Source of the DNA: Waddliaceae bacterium
GTDB lineage: Bacteria > Chlamydiota > Chlamydiia > Chlamydiales > Waddliaceae
Assembly (NCBI GenBank): GCA_963724325.1
Contig: CAVRUH010000008.1
Span: 1-43,951 of the forward strand
Length of the DNA stretch: 43,951 nt
Reading direction: 5' to 3'
Shown: one piece after another, positions 19,203 to 29,756 of the stretch
Layout: the number at the start of each line of letters is the position of its first letter
How positions within the stretch are numbered: position 1 is the first letter of the stretch
The notes under the pieces: generated by a model
Told to the model about the DNA's origin: nothing
The model's database searches: none
The model's input: the letters and a program-made list of their open reading frames with translations, nothing else
Translations under genes and position numbers: made by a program

Positions 19203-20042
19203 ATGACAAAAGCTGTTGTATTTTTTCATATTACCGAACATCATCTGGACCAGCGGATCGATAATTTTTTGGTGGCGCATTTGAAGGGCGTCCCGAAGAG
19301 TCATATCTATAAAATGGTGAGCAGCGGCGGGGTGCGGGTCAATAAAAAGAGGGTTAAACCGAGTTATAGACTCCAGGTTGATGATCAAATTCGGGTGCCT
19401 CCTGTCAGGACGGCAAAAGAAACAGTTAGAGAGGCTCCATTGGAAATGATTCGGGAGTTGAAAGGAAATATCCTTCATGAAGATGACCAAATGATAGTGA
19501 TTAATAAGCCGACTGGGATTCCTGTGCATGCCGGTAGTGGAATGAATGTCGGTGTCATCGAGGCGTTGCGGCAGGCTTATGACAATCCTCATCTCGAGCT
19601 GGCCCATCGGATTGATAAAGAAACGTCAGGATGTTTGGTCATAGCAAAAACTCGTCCGTTTCTTAAGGAGTTTCACGATTTATTTAGGGGGCAGGAAGTA
19701 GAAAAAGTATATTTGGCAATTCTCGAAGGTCTTTTATCTTCCGATAAGGTGGTGGAAAAGGGTGATATCGATGGAAAAGAATCGGAAACATTGTTTATTC
19801 GAAAGAAATTGTTGAATAATGCCACGTTTGTGGAGGCCTACCCCAAGAGTGGGAGGACTCATCAGATTAGAATACATGCCTTGAATATCGGACATCCTAT
19901 TTTGGGTGACGTTAAATATGGAAATGGTCCTAGAAAAAGGCTTTATCTGCATGCTTATCGATTAAAATTTACGCTCAGCAATCAGAAGATATTTGAATTT
20001 GAAGCGCCTGTAGAACGAGAGTTTACTGCGAAGTTCGCATAA
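19203..20042 (+). CDS. rluC: RluA-family 23S rRNA pseudouridine synthase with S4 domain (RluC-like)
   Basis: QRIDNFL S4 domain, INKPTG, HRIDKETSG, GRTHQIR, LHAY. Confidence 0.88.
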   Translation: MTKAVVFFHITEHHLDQRIDNFLVAHLKGVPKSHIYKMVSSGGVRVNKKRVKPSYRLQVDDQIRVPPVRTAKETVREAPLEMIRELKGNILHEDDQMIVINKPTGIPVHAGSGMNVGVIEALRQAYDNPHLELAHRIDKETSGCLVIAKTRPFLKEFHDLFRGQEVEKVYLAILEGLLSSDKVVEKGDIDGKESETLFIRKKLLNNATFVEAYPKSGRTHQIRIHALNIGHPILGDVKYGNGPRKRLYLHAYRLKFTLSNQKIFEFEAPVEREFTAKFA

Positions 20043-21684
20043 GAAGGCCAGCCAAGGCATATTTGTTCTTGGAATTACCGAATCTGATGGCGTTAAGGAG
20101 CACTTCTATCCCTTTGTCGTCTCTTTTATCAGCGAAGGCTTCGAAGGCTTCTACGAGAAGGCGCGAAGCCTCATGGGCATTGATTTGATAAGTCATGTCG
20201 TCATTATCTCGGAGTTCCCAAGGAAGGTAGGGACGGAGTTGGATGAGATTTTCACTCTGCCAAGATGCTACCCATTCACGCAGGGAATCTACATAGGGTC
20301 CGGGTTCTTTAAGGCGAAAAAGGGCTAGGTTGCAGTAATTGCGAATTAATGGCGCGCCAGGCTTTTCGCGATATTTTTTCAATAATTCTATGGCAGAAGA
20401 CGTTTGGTAATTTTCTAGTAATCTAACGAGTGTTGGAACGAGGTCATTTTGATTGGATTCAAAGATCAAATTTGCAATTGAGAGAAAATCTTTTTCTGGC
20501 AGGTTTACGGATTGATGCAATAGAGATTCGCGGATATTTAACGATAATTCGAAGGCAACGGGGTCATCTTTGAGGTTTTGTCTTGCTGAGGGAACGACTT
20601 TCCAGGCGTACAATGAATGGCCTTGCGACTCTGTTCTGGTGCAAACCAGGTCGCGGGTGTCTTTAATGAGAATATCGCTAATTATAGGGACGCATGATGG
20701 GTCCTTTTGTTCGAGCAGGGCAATGGCAGCGTTCACTTTGACTCCCAAATTTTTACTTTGAAGCAGTTTGCGGAGAAGTGATTTTGATTCGGGGATGGAT
20801 CCGAGAATATTTATCGCAAATGGATTCCCTTCTTTGGCATAGTTTTCGATTTCGGTCCGGGCATCGAGTTGTTCTAGGTTGTAAAGAGACTTTAGAGCTG
20901 CCAAACTCACAGAGGTGGAAGGGGATTGTGCAAGCTCTTTTAGTTGGGGTATTGAGGATTCGTCTTTGAGAGCTCCGAGGGCATTGGCACAGGCCTCCTG
21001 TTGGATCGCATTTCTGTGTGAGGCGAGGATTCGGATTTGCGGGAGAAGATCATCGCGTTGAAATTTTGCGATGTTTCTGATTGCTTCGATGCGGACTCGG
21101 ATGTCGGAATCAACCAGAAATTTCTGGAGGATTTTTGTAGCATCCCTATTGCCGACCATGGCAAAGATCTGAGGGAAAATCGGGTAGAGTTCTTTGGGAA
21201 CTTTCTGCATGAGGGCTTCTGTTTGACCAACGGCAGAGGGTTCTCTCATTACGGCGAGGTGGTAGACGGCCTCAAGTCTGATTTGGAGATAGTTTGATGT
21301 CAGAGCTTTGTTTAGCGCTTCGATGGAGCGGGTGTTTTGATGGCTGCAGAGGAAATTCATTGCTATAAGTTGGACATTAGGGTGGGTGCTTCTGATGCCT
21401 TCTTCCAGTATGTATAAGGCTTTTTCGTTAGAGGAAACTCCAGCGCCGAAAATGGTGAGGAGTTGTATTTCTGGATCGGGATTTGAATACCCTTCGGAAA
21501 GGATCATGAGCCCCATTTGGTGGAGCAGTTCTAGGTTGTGATGACCGGTTTCATTGTAGTGTGCATCATAGAGTTCATATCCTTTTTGCTTATCCCTTTG
21601 GAGGTTGTAGAGGATCTGATTGATTTCAGTGGCTTGTGCTGTGGCAGCAAGAAGAGCAAAAGCAAGAAAAAAAGGTGTTTTCAT
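20023..21684 (-). CDS. HEAT-repeat protein with signal peptide
   Basis: MKTPFFLAFALLAATAQA leader; repeated VRIEAI / VKVNAAIAL / IRLEAV helices. Confidence 0.85.
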   Translation of the reverse strand: MKTPFFLAFALLAATAQATEINQILYNLQRDKQKGYELYDAHYNETGHHNLELLHQMGLMILSEGYSNPDPEIQLLTIFGAGVSSNEKALYILEEGIRSTHPNVQLIAMNFLCSHQNTRSIEALNKALTSNYLQIRLEAVYHLAVMREPSAVGQTEALMQKVPKELYPIFPQIFAMVGNRDATKILQKFLVDSDIRVRIEAIRNIAKFQRDDLLPQIRILASHRNAIQQEACANALGALKDESSIPQLKELAQSPSTSVSLAALKSLYNLEQLDARTEIENYAKEGNPFAINILGSIPESKSLLRKLLQSKNLGVKVNAAIALLEQKDPSCVPIISDILIKDTRDLVCTRTESQGHSLYAWKVVPSARQNLKDDPVAFELSLNIRESLLHQSVNLPEKDFLSIANLIFESNQNDLVPTLVRLLENYQTSSAIELLKKYREKPGAPLIRNYCNLALFRLKEPGPYVDSLREWVASWQSENLIQLRPYLPWELRDNDDMTYQINAHEASRLLVEAFEAFADKRDDKGIEVLLNAIRFGNSKNKYALAGLLMRTSQ

Positions 21685-21971
21685 GGGACAAGCACCTGTG
21701 GAAAAGTAAACGATTCGATTTTATCGATATTTATCTCGGAGGAATATTTATGCAATGTGTCCAGCATCTGTTTTTCAGCTTCTTTTAGGTCTTTTACAGT
21801 CACTTCGTTATATGCAAGATACCTGCCGAGGTAGTCCTTTCCTTGAAAATGCACCTTCATAAGAGACTCGCAACTGGGATGGAAGCTTGCTTCTTTCCAC
21901 AATTTGCTCTGATTCAACTTGATTTCAATTTCGGTGGAGAGTGCGACTCCCACAAAAATCCGTACTGTCAT
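21681..21971 (-). CDS. Small conserved hypothetical protein
   Basis: Start reassigned to MTVRIFVG at 21971 to avoid overlapping uvrC; 4-nt overlap with the HEAT gene. Confidence 0.7.
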   Translation of the reverse strand: MTVRIFVGVALSTEIEIKLNQSKLWKEASFHPSCESLMKVHFQGKDYLGRYLAYNEVTVKDLKEAEKQMLDTLHKYSSEINIDKIESFTFPQVLVP

Positions 21972-22013
21972 TTTTCCGTTACAAATCATGATACAGTATG
22001 CTAACATAAAGGC

Positions 22014-23828
22014 ATGCCTTTTGACACCAAAAAACTTAATGATTTTTCTGCAGACACCGGCGTTTACTTGATGAAAAACCGGCAAGGCTCCGTGCTGTAC
22101 GTGGGAAAAGCCAAAAATCTCCGTCAGCGGATCAGGCAATATTTCGTCTCCGGAGGCGATGGCCGGGTAATGATTCCCTATCTCATTCCGCTGGTCGAAA
22201 CTATAGATACAATCGTCGTTAAGTCGGAAAAAGAGGCGCTTCTCCTCGAAAATAATCTAATCAAACAGTACAAACCTAAGTACAATGCATTGCTAAAGGA
22301 CGACAAAAGCTATATCGCCCTCAAAGTGACTAAACATACATGGCCTCGCATAGACCTGGTCCGGTATCGGGGCAAGCCGAAAGCCGATGGAATGTACTTT
22401 GGCCCCTATACAAGTGCGATGGCTGCACGAAAAACACTCGATCTTTTACATAAAATCTTTCCTTTGCGGCAATGTTCCGACATCGAATTCTCTCATCGTA
22501 CACGTCCTTGTATTCTTTACGACATGAAAAGATGCATCGCGCCATGTGTCAACTACTGCACCCATGATGAATATGAGGAACTTCTAAAAAAAACAATCCG
22601 TTTCCTCAAAGGTCAAGATAAAGAAATCGTTCAAGAGCTCTACAAAGAAATGCATCGCTATTCTGAGGCTCTCGAATTTGAAAAAGCCGGAGCTATCTGG
22701 CAAACAATTACTCAAATAGAAAAGACGATTGAAGGTCAAAATGTGGATAAGCCCCTAGGAATAGATGCCGACGTTCTGGGCATCTTCCGGCAAGGTGAGG
22801 AAGTCATCTTGAGCCAACTACAATTCCGCCACGGAAGGCTGACAGCTGCCAGGCACTATAATTTTACTCAAATTGCACAAGATGATCCTGAATTATTGAG
22901 TTCATTTATCATTCAGCATTATGAATCTCAAGAGGTTCTCCCGCATGAAATATTGGTTCCCACAGTATTGTCAGAAGCAGAAATCATCGAGGAAATATTG
23001 TCTCAGAATCGTGCGAGAAAGGTCGCCATTCACAATCCGCAGCGGGGACATAAAAAGGCCGTGCTGCAAATGGCCTATGCCAATGCCGAGGCAACTTTTA
23101 AGAAGGAAAAAGATGCCCAAGCTATTCGCGAAAGGACCCTTTTGGAGATTCAAGAGAAATTTCATTTAACGAACTATCCAGAACGTATCGAATGCTTCGA
23201 TATATCAAATATTTCAGGGGCTGAAACTGTGGCGTCCCTGGTTGTTTTTACTGATGGGGAAAAGGATTCACAGCGATATAGGAAATATAAAATAAAAGAA
23301 GTCAAATCGATTGATGACTATTCTTCAATGCTCGAAGTACTTATGCGCAGACTAAAGCGCGGGAAAGAGGAAAATGATTTGCCTGACCTAATCATGATCG
23401 ACGGTGGAAAAGGGCATTTAAATGTGGCCATAAAGGCTATGCAAGAGCTCAATATCATTTCGGTTGATTTAATATCCATAGTCAAAGAAGAGGGGAGGCA
23501 TGACAAGGGCATCACCGCCGAAGGGATTTTCTTGCCAAATGTGAAAGATCCGATTTATTTAAGGACCAATTCTTCGATTCTATTCATGCTCCAACAAATT
23601 CGCGATGAAGCGCATCGCTTTGCCATTACTTTTCATCGTAAAAGACGGAGCAAAGCTATGGTCAAAAGCAGTTTAGATGCCATTCCCGGCATTGGCCCCA
23701 GCAAAAAACAAAAACTGCTGAAACATTTTGGCAGTGTAAAAGGGCTCAAAGAGGCTACAAAAGAAGATATCCTTAAAGTCAAAGGAATCAGTGATGCCGA
23801 TGCCCAAAACATTTTAAAGCTTATTTAA
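22014..23828 (+). CDS. uvrC: Excinuclease ABC subunit C
   Basis: GIY-YIG (GVYLM..YVGKAKNLR), IECFDISN, IDGGKG, RDEAHRFA, C-terminal HhH. Confidence 0.98.
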   Translation: MPFDTKKLNDFSADTGVYLMKNRQGSVLYVGKAKNLRQRIRQYFVSGGDGRVMIPYLIPLVETIDTIVVKSEKEALLLENNLIKQYKPKYNALLKDDKSYIALKVTKHTWPRIDLVRYRGKPKADGMYFGPYTSAMAARKTLDLLHKIFPLRQCSDIEFSHRTRPCILYDMKRCIAPCVNYCTHDEYEELLKKTIRFLKGQDKEIVQELYKEMHRYSEALEFEKAGAIWQTITQIEKTIEGQNVDKPLGIDADVLGIFRQGEEVILSQLQFRHGRLTAARHYNFTQIAQDDPELLSSFIIQHYESQEVLPHEILVPTVLSEAEIIEEILSQNRARKVAIHNPQRGHKKAVLQMAYANAEATFKKEKDAQAIRERTLLEIQEKFHLTNYPERIECFDISNISGAETVASLVVFTDGEKDSQRYRKYKIKEVKSIDDYSSMLEVLMRRLKRGKEENDLPDLIMIDGGKGHLNVAIKAMQELNIISVDLISIVKEEGRHDKGITAEGIFLPNVKDPIYLRTNSSILFMLQQIRDEAHRFAITFHRKRRSKAMVKSSLDAIPGIGPSKKQKLLKHFGSVKGLKEATKEDILKVKGISDADAQNILKLI

Positions 23829-23861
23829 CTCTTCAATCAAGGAAGTCTTGTAATTCCAAAA

Positions 23862-23905
23862 GCCCTGCTCTCGGAGAGAAACCCTGCTCTCGGAGAGAGC
23901 AGGGC
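23862..23905. terminator. GC-rich hairpin with duplicated left arm between convergent genes
   Basis: CCCTGCTCTCGGAGAGA twice (23863, 23882) then GCAGGGC; stem CCCTGCTCTC/GAGAGCAGGG. Confidence 0.6.
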
Positions 23906-23910
23906 ACAAG

Positions 23911-25329
23911 TTAGTTGTTGCTGTTGTTGTTGTCGGCGGGTTTTTGGGTTGGTTCCTTTTGCTGAAAGAGAGATATGACGTGATCAGTTGTGGAACCCCA
24001 CCAAGATCTAATTCTCCAAACACTATCTGTTCGCGGACCAGTTCCTTTACCAAGTCCTGAGACAGAGCTCTTTATTAAATCTACTAGTTTAATATCAAGA
24101 TCAACCACCATTTTCCAAGTGGATTCTAATTTTTTTTGAGCTTCAGCCAGTTCTGAATGAATACTCTTTGCAGTTTTTTCATAATTCTTGTTTAGTTGAT
24201 TTGCCATTGCTGTGTTGTAAAAATATTTTGTATCAAATACTTCTTTTACTACTTTAGTAGGTAGATTTTCTGCTTTCCTTTTGTTGAATGCCTCTTGTTG
24301 TGTATTATATTGTGTCAGTAAACTTTGTGCATGTTTTCTTAGATCTTCATTCCAATATAATTCAACGTACTTTTTTATTTTTTCTTCAGCCGTTTCCTTG
24401 GATGTCTCAAAATCTGTGGTCGACACCGATGCAGTGCTATTTAGATCTATGAAATAATCATTCAACTTTGCATAAAGTTCTCTAACTTCTTTCTGAAGTG
24501 TATTTTGAACCTTTTTAATATAAACATTGGTATCGAATTTCGATAACAATCGCTGAGTATCAGCTTGCAATTCTGAGTTATCATCATATTTCATCTTCAA
24601 AAATGTGCTAGTACTCAATGCGTTATCTTCATGGTATTTTTTTATTTCATTGAACGTTTTTAGGTCTTCGTTAGATAGAGTGTCTGCTTTCTTTTGATCA
24701 ATTTCTTGCAAACTTTTGAAATGTTTTTTCATTCTATTCATAATTACAGGAATGAGGGGCTCTGCAGGTTCGATTTTTAATAGATCGTCCATAGCTTGAG
24801 TGATCTTTTTTGTGGTTGAATCTGCAGGGTTTTTTGATGCTAGTTCTAGCCTTTTTTCCAAAAGAGGATACGTTGCATTAAATAGGGCTGAACAACGAAT
24901 GATGAGTGATTTATTAAAGTCACTGAGTGCCTTAACTCGAGCATTCATGTCCTGAACTTTTGTGTAATCAAGCTCTTTGAGTATTAAAGGAAAAATTGGA
25001 TGTTTTAACTTGAGTTCATCATAGCTTTTAGCTGTAGCATTTAATTCATTTAGCATATTAGTATTTTCTACGAAAGTTAGCCCTTCCATCGACCCAAGGG
25101 CAATTAGACTTAATTTCACAAGTTGACAATTTTTTTTGTCGATAGCTTTGTAGTCGTTTAATGCTTTAGTGAAAGAATTATACTTTTCCATATATCCATT
25201 GTTCACTAGAGTTTCAATTGCCCTTTCTGTGGCTAACGCTGAAGGGCTAATATCTGGCGAAGATCCTATTTCAATGTCAATGACAGGGATTGCCGGTTTT
25301 GTAGGATGTGTATAGTGCATTGGCTCCAT
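23911..25329 (-). CDS. Hypothetical coiled-coil protein (candidate effector)
   Basis: RBS GGAGGT before ATG 25329; helical K/E/Q-rich composition. Confidence 0.75.
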   Translation of the reverse strand: MEPMHYTHPTKPAIPVIDIEIGSSPDISPSALATERAIETLVNNGYMEKYNSFTKALNDYKAIDKKNCQLVKLSLIALGSMEGLTFVENTNMLNELNATAKSYDELKLKHPIFPLILKELDYTKVQDMNARVKALSDFNKSLIIRCSALFNATYPLLEKRLELASKNPADSTTKKITQAMDDLLKIEPAEPLIPVIMNRMKKHFKSLQEIDQKKADTLSNEDLKTFNEIKKYHEDNALSTSTFLKMKYDDNSELQADTQRLLSKFDTNVYIKKVQNTLQKEVRELYAKLNDYFIDLNSTASVSTTDFETSKETAEEKIKKYVELYWNEDLRKHAQSLLTQYNTQQEAFNKRKAENLPTKVVKEVFDTKYFYNTAMANQLNKNYEKTAKSIHSELAEAQKKLESTWKMVVDLDIKLVDLIKSSVSGLGKGTGPRTDSVWRIRSWWGSTTDHVISLFQQKEPTQKPADNNNSNN

Positions 25330-25406
25330 TAAATACCTCCGTATTTTTTTGAGTTGATCAATGTACTTATATAAATAAAATGAGGAAATTTCGGCAACAC
25401 AAAAAT

Positions 25407-26219
25407 TTAACGGAGCTTGTTGGCCTTCTTGTATGCCTTGATCTTTTTCTTCCAATACGACTTCATCTCACTCGAAAGATGCTTATTGAGTTGATCCAAC
25501 TGAACGGGCCATGTATTACTGATCTCGGTGTCAATAAAAGCGATTTTTCCATCTTCAGAAAATGGAATGTTCTTCGGCATCGTCGCATTTGTCATGCCTA
25601 AAGTGGTAACTAAATCAAATAATGCATCCAAAAAGGGTTTGTCAACTACGGGGCTATCCCATAGTTTTTTATTTTCCTTCTTTTCCACTAGATGCATGTC
25701 CTCTTCAACAAGAATGAAATATTTTGCTTTCAGAGAGGGGTTTGGAGCGGGATTTACCGGAACAGGATAAATCCATTTGCGTGGCAACTTAAAAAAAATG
25801 TCATAATCGTTTGCCTTGATATGATTTCTAACCGCCTCTGCTCCATGGATCCGCTTCAGCCATTTTTTTGAGTCATCGACATCTATCCCAAAATCGGTAT
25901 AAACCTTAAAAATGTATCCGTCTATATGTTTGTGCCTGAGGACATACATATGAGAATCTTCGCTTTCAGATAGTACTCTGAAATGGGCATCGCGCAGGGA
26001 GTCGCGGGACTCAATGACTCGTCTTTTTTTGAATATTTTGTCTAATTGCTCTTTGATAACGTGGTTTTCTGGTAGGAAATAGGGCTTGACTTCCTGCCAA
26101 GTCTCGCGCGGGACATCAGGATTGTATCGGTATGCAGCAGATAAGGAAATATTGCAGAAAAGAAGCAGAGTTAGCGTGAAGCCATGTAGAGCAATCGCAA
26201 AATTACGTAACTTAACCAT
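25407..26219 (-). CDS. Secreted hypothetical protein, possibly kinase-like fold
   Basis: Signal-peptide-like N-terminus; YIFKVY, ILVEE, NIPF..GKIAFIDTE. Confidence 0.72.
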   Translation of the reverse strand: MVKLRNFAIALHGFTLTLLLFCNISLSAAYRYNPDVPRETWQEVKPYFLPENHVIKEQLDKIFKKRRVIESRDSLRDAHFRVLSESEDSHMYVLRHKHIDGYIFKVYTDFGIDVDDSKKWLKRIHGAEAVRNHIKANDYDIFFKLPRKWIYPVPVNPAPNPSLKAKYFILVEEDMHLVEKKENKKLWDSPVVDKPFLDALFDLVTTLGMTNATMPKNIPFSEDGKIAFIDTEISNTWPVQLDQLNKHLSSEMKSYWKKKIKAYKKANKLR

Positions 26220-26362
26220 ATCATCAATGCGGCTAAAAATGCCCCCAAGGCACTATAGTAAAGATCTGCGGAATAGAAGTAAAAGAAAAAAAGACTAAAG
26301 AAAAATGATGTGAAAGCCACTCCATATCCAATAGGTTCAAAAAGATGTTCCCTGTAATCCAT
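26171..26362 (-). CDS. Small two-helix membrane protein
   Basis: RBS GGAGG before ATG 26362; two hydrophobic segments; 49-nt overlap with the next gene. Confidence 0.55.
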   Translation of the reverse strand: MDYREHLFEPIGYGVAFTSFFFSLFFFYFYSADLYYSALGAFLAALMIWLSYVILRLLYMASR

Positions 26363-26435
26363 GCCATTCCTCCAAAGGTAACTCATATACCAAATGGAGA
26401 TTTAAAGGAAATCTAATTCTTGAATCACAGGTCAG

Positions 26436-27383
26436 TTATTTTTCGGTTGCAAGCAATTGATTGACCTCTTTGAGCATTTTCGTGATATTTGCCTCGACGG
26501 CAATTTGGGTGTATTTTTCTTCGCCTTTGCCAACTTTTTTTTCGAGGACCTTTATTTGTTCCAGCAAATGACCTAGTTCTTCCTTTGCAGCGCCTAGGCG
26601 ACTTTTTTGGACATCTGTCATGTTTTTATGTGCATCTGGTGACACATCGCTGCCTTTGTAATGGCTCTCTAATTTTAATCCAATAAGTTTTTCCCACGTT
26701 TTTGTAAATTGTGCTGAAATATTCGCGACTTTACTTAGGCTATTCGTTAACTCTGGGTTTTTATTTGCCATACCCTTTATAGAGTCGTTAAGAATTGTCA
26801 AATGACCTTTAAATTCTTTGTTTTCTGCATTTTTAAGGAAATTAGCAGACGATCCTATGGCCGCTGAGGCTCTTCCAAACAGCATCATTGGACTGGTATC
26901 TGATTTTTTTTCGGTAGTAGTGGGTTCCTTGCTAGGCATTATTTTTTCGTCATTTACTTTAGCTTCCGCTTTTTTTTCGGTGGGGGGGTCTCTGCTAAAA
27001 ACTAGTTCTTCTCCCTTTGCTTTATCCGCCACCTTTTTTTCGGTGGTAGGTTCTCTGGTAAAAACTAGTTCTTCCTCCTTGGGTTGAGATTCGCTTTTGT
27101 TCGGAGCAAACATGTTTCTAAAAAAAAATGTTATCCTTTTCTTAATAGACAAATTTTCGCTTTTTGGGGAACTGGTGTTTGCTTGAAAACTTATTCGATC
27201 GCTAATGGGCTTGGGTATCTCCATTTTAGCCTTTGTTTCAGTAGATGGACTCTTTCCAGGCGCAGGTTGTGTGCTGGCATCATGACCTCTCAGGGCAGTA
27301 GAGGATGTTGACCTAGTCTTTGCCTCACTTGGGGCTTTTTCTGCTCTAACATTTAAGAAATTTAATCTACTCATCGGATCCAT
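26436..27383 (-). CDS. Hypothetical protein with disordered N-terminus and short internal repeats (candidate effector)
   Basis: S/T/P-rich N-terminus; EELVFTREPTTEKK / EELVFSRDPPTEKK / EKIMPSKEPTTTEKK. Confidence 0.75.
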   Translation of the reverse strand: MDPMSRLNFLNVRAEKAPSEAKTRSTSSTALRGHDASTQPAPGKSPSTETKAKMEIPKPISDRISFQANTSSPKSENLSIKKRITFFFRNMFAPNKSESQPKEEELVFTREPTTEKKVADKAKGEELVFSRDPPTEKKAEAKVNDEKIMPSKEPTTTEKKSDTSPMMLFGRASAAIGSSANFLKNAENKEFKGHLTILNDSIKGMANKNPELTNSLSKVANISAQFTKTWEKLIGLKLESHYKGSDVSPDAHKNMTDVQKSRLGAAKEELGHLLEQIKVLEKKVGKGEEKYTQIAVEANITKMLKEVNQLLATEK

Positions 27384-27535
27384 GTTATGTACACTCCTTT
27401 TTATGTCTATGCTTAACTAATTTCATTATATAATTTTAAATTATTTATTGTCAAAAATATAGTTATGTTAGTTATTTATCATAACTAATAGGTGTGATAG
27501 GGATTGTTGCCGGTAGGGTCGGAATGCCGATTGAG

Positions 27536-28420
27536 TCAAATCTTCATTTGTGTAATCTTTTCGCAGAGCGCAGCCAATTCTTCCCGTAGAGGCTGGGAAC
27601 TTTCTGTAAAAAGCTGTTGTTCCTTCTGATATTGTTTACGTCCTTCCTCGGTTTCGATGCAAATCGGTTCATAGCCTTCGTCTTTTAGGTCATAGGGACT
27701 CGCACGCATATCTAATTCACGTCCTTTTAAGGCATTCATAAATGCTTTGGCCATAAAATCGGATCCTATCCACGGCCAGAGCTTGATAGCCCATTTGTAA
27801 AGGTCCATATTTGCGTGAACGCATCCACCTTGCTCCATTTCTAGACGTGTTTCAAATAATGGATTCAGTAGGTTTAGAGGACGTGCTTCCTTGGTAAAAA
27901 ATCGATATGCATCATAATGGGAGCAGCAGAGGGATTGACTTTCAACAAATGTGGTCAAATCTTTGGGGGGTAGTCTGAGCCGATGTCCTTTATGTCTGAT
28001 TTCTTCAGGAGATGATTTATAGACCATAGCCCATTCATGAAGGCCAAAGCAGCCAAAGCGGGGAGGACGAATTAAGATATTGCGGCAGAGTTTGGCGACG
28101 AATGTTGCCTGATGTCTTGTGTTTTCGTTTAATCTTTCTGGATTGGGCGACAGAATGTTTCCTTCTAATGTGAACCAATAATCGTTCAACCAGGAGTATT
28201 CATCTCGGATTTCCGGAGTGATTATTAAGTGTTCTTCGAATGAAGGGACCCATTGTTTTAATTTTAAAGGGGAGCAATCGTAATATGTAAACAAAAAATC
28301 GTGTACCGGATGTATCCGGCGCAGTTTACGACGTTCCAAAAAAGCATCGGCCACTGGTCGTACTAGTGCTTCATGCCTTTTTGCTCTAGCTGTCCATATC
28401 TCTTGAGGTAGGGGTATCAA
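27536..28420 (-). CDS. Conserved protein usually annotated 3-methyladenine DNA glycosylase-like (function unverified)
   Basis: HPVHDFLFTYY, CFGLHEWAMVY, CSHYDAYRFF, EQGGCVHANMDLYKW, DMRASPYDL. Confidence 0.8.
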   Translation of the reverse strand: MIPLPQEIWTARAKRHEALVRPVADAFLERRKLRRIHPVHDFLFTYYDCSPLKLKQWVPSFEEHLIITPEIRDEYSWLNDYWFTLEGNILSPNPERLNENTRHQATFVAKLCRNILIRPPRFGCFGLHEWAMVYKSSPEEIRHKGHRLRLPPKDLTTFVESQSLCCSHYDAYRFFTKEARPLNLLNPLFETRLEMEQGGCVHANMDLYKWAIKLWPWIGSDFMAKAFMNALKGRELDMRASPYDLKDEGYEPICIETEEGRKQYQKEQQLFTESSQPLREELAALCEKITQMKI

Positions 28421-29664
28421 TATTCTATTGCCTTCATTAATTCATGGACTCGATTTCTGATCTCTTCACCGTAGTTTTCTCCACCAAAAGAAAGACTAGA
28501 CTCCATGGTTTTGTGCTGCCAGGAGTCAGGAAGGATAATATATCCATGAGCATCATTGGTTAGCCCGAAAATAGAAACGTGTTCGTATTTCAGTTCAGAG
28601 CCAATTTCTTTTATTTGTTGATCATAAAGAGTGCTCAATTCACCTGGTATCGTTACGAAGGCATGCACCTTATTTAATACAATTAGGTTGATTTCTGTTT
28701 TGTATTCATTCATAGGCAAGGCAAGGCCAAATGGGGTGGGTTGCGGCTTAAAAGAGTACGCATCTTTCTGAGTTTTGATATCTATAGAATCATCGGTTTC
28801 TATTTCGTTCCATACTCTTTCTACTGCCGCTGCCAGAGATATTCCTAGTTGCATGCACGAGTCAAAACGATCCTCATCATTAAAAATCACTGGAATGATA
28901 TCACCTTGAGCTCCATTGAAATAAATAGGCTGTACGTTGCTTCCAAGAATTGATTGGAGGTGGTCTCTTGCATACCCAACGAAGTCTGAAGAAAAAAGGC
29001 GATTTTTCCCATTCAGTACTGTTGGATGAACTGGGTAATTAAACAGGATGGCGAGCGGGGTGTCATCAGGTCGCGTTACCTTGATTACTGTAACATCTGA
29101 TGCAGGGGTAATACCTGCAGGCCAAAGACCGCGATATGTACTGAGGCCTCCTGCTTGTCCATAACCGATGCCGATCTTTGCAGGGATCGAATTGTTCCTT
29201 GATTCAATAATTGCTTTAACAGTGTTGCTTATGTAGAAATTAATGATATCCTGATTGTAAGGTCCAGCAAGGTATTCGCCGATTACAGGAATATTTAAAT
29301 AAGCACCTCCTCCTGAATGAGTATGGGATGATCCAATATAAACTTCGCATTGACTTAGATTTGTTTCCTGATGAACTTGTCGGATAATTTCTTGCGTCAT
29401 TTCGTACGTAAATCCTAAATGATCGACACTGCATAGAACGATTTGTTTATCACCATTATCGATATATAGAGCAATAGCTAATAGGGGATCATGGATGCCT
29501 TGCATGCCCTCGCCTTTGCGGTCTGCATATCCTGCAGAAGGTGTTCCGATGGAAGGAGTGATGTCTTTTTTTCCGATACCTACGCTTACTAGAGCATTGG
29601 CAAAAGAGGGAATGAGCAATATAAGTAGAAGAAATAAAATTCGACTATAATTTTTCATTAACAT
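28417..29664 (-). CDS. Neutral/alkaline ceramidase-family protein, secreted
   Basis: Signal peptide; DITP, HDPL, SHTHSG, HPT, GAQGD, PGE; RBS GGAG before ATG 29664. Confidence 0.85.
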   Translation of the reverse strand: MLMKNYSRILFLLLILLIPSFANALVSVGIGKKDITPSIGTPSAGYADRKGEGMQGIHDPLLAIALYIDNGDKQIVLCSVDHLGFTYEMTQEIIRQVHQETNLSQCEVYIGSSHTHSGGGAYLNIPVIGEYLAGPYNQDIINFYISNTVKAIIESRNNSIPAKIGIGYGQAGGLSTYRGLWPAGITPASDVTVIKVTRPDDTPLAILFNYPVHPTVLNGKNRLFSSDFVGYARDHLQSILGSNVQPIYFNGAQGDIIPVIFNDEDRFDSCMQLGISLAAAVERVWNEIETDDSIDIKTQKDAYSFKPQPTPFGLALPMNEYKTEINLIVLNKVHAFVTIPGELSTLYDQQIKEIGSELKYEHVSIFGLTNDAHGYIILPDSWQHKTMESSLSFGGENYGEEIRNRVHELMKAIEY

Positions 29665-29756
29665 ATGGACTCCAGTTAACTTAAACACGAGCTACAGTAT
29701 GGAGGTATCTAGATTATTTTTCAAGAAATATAACAAGTTATATAACATACAAACGG

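Noticed and set aside
19131..19607. 158-aa minus-strand ORF
   Set aside because: Antisense shadow of rluC
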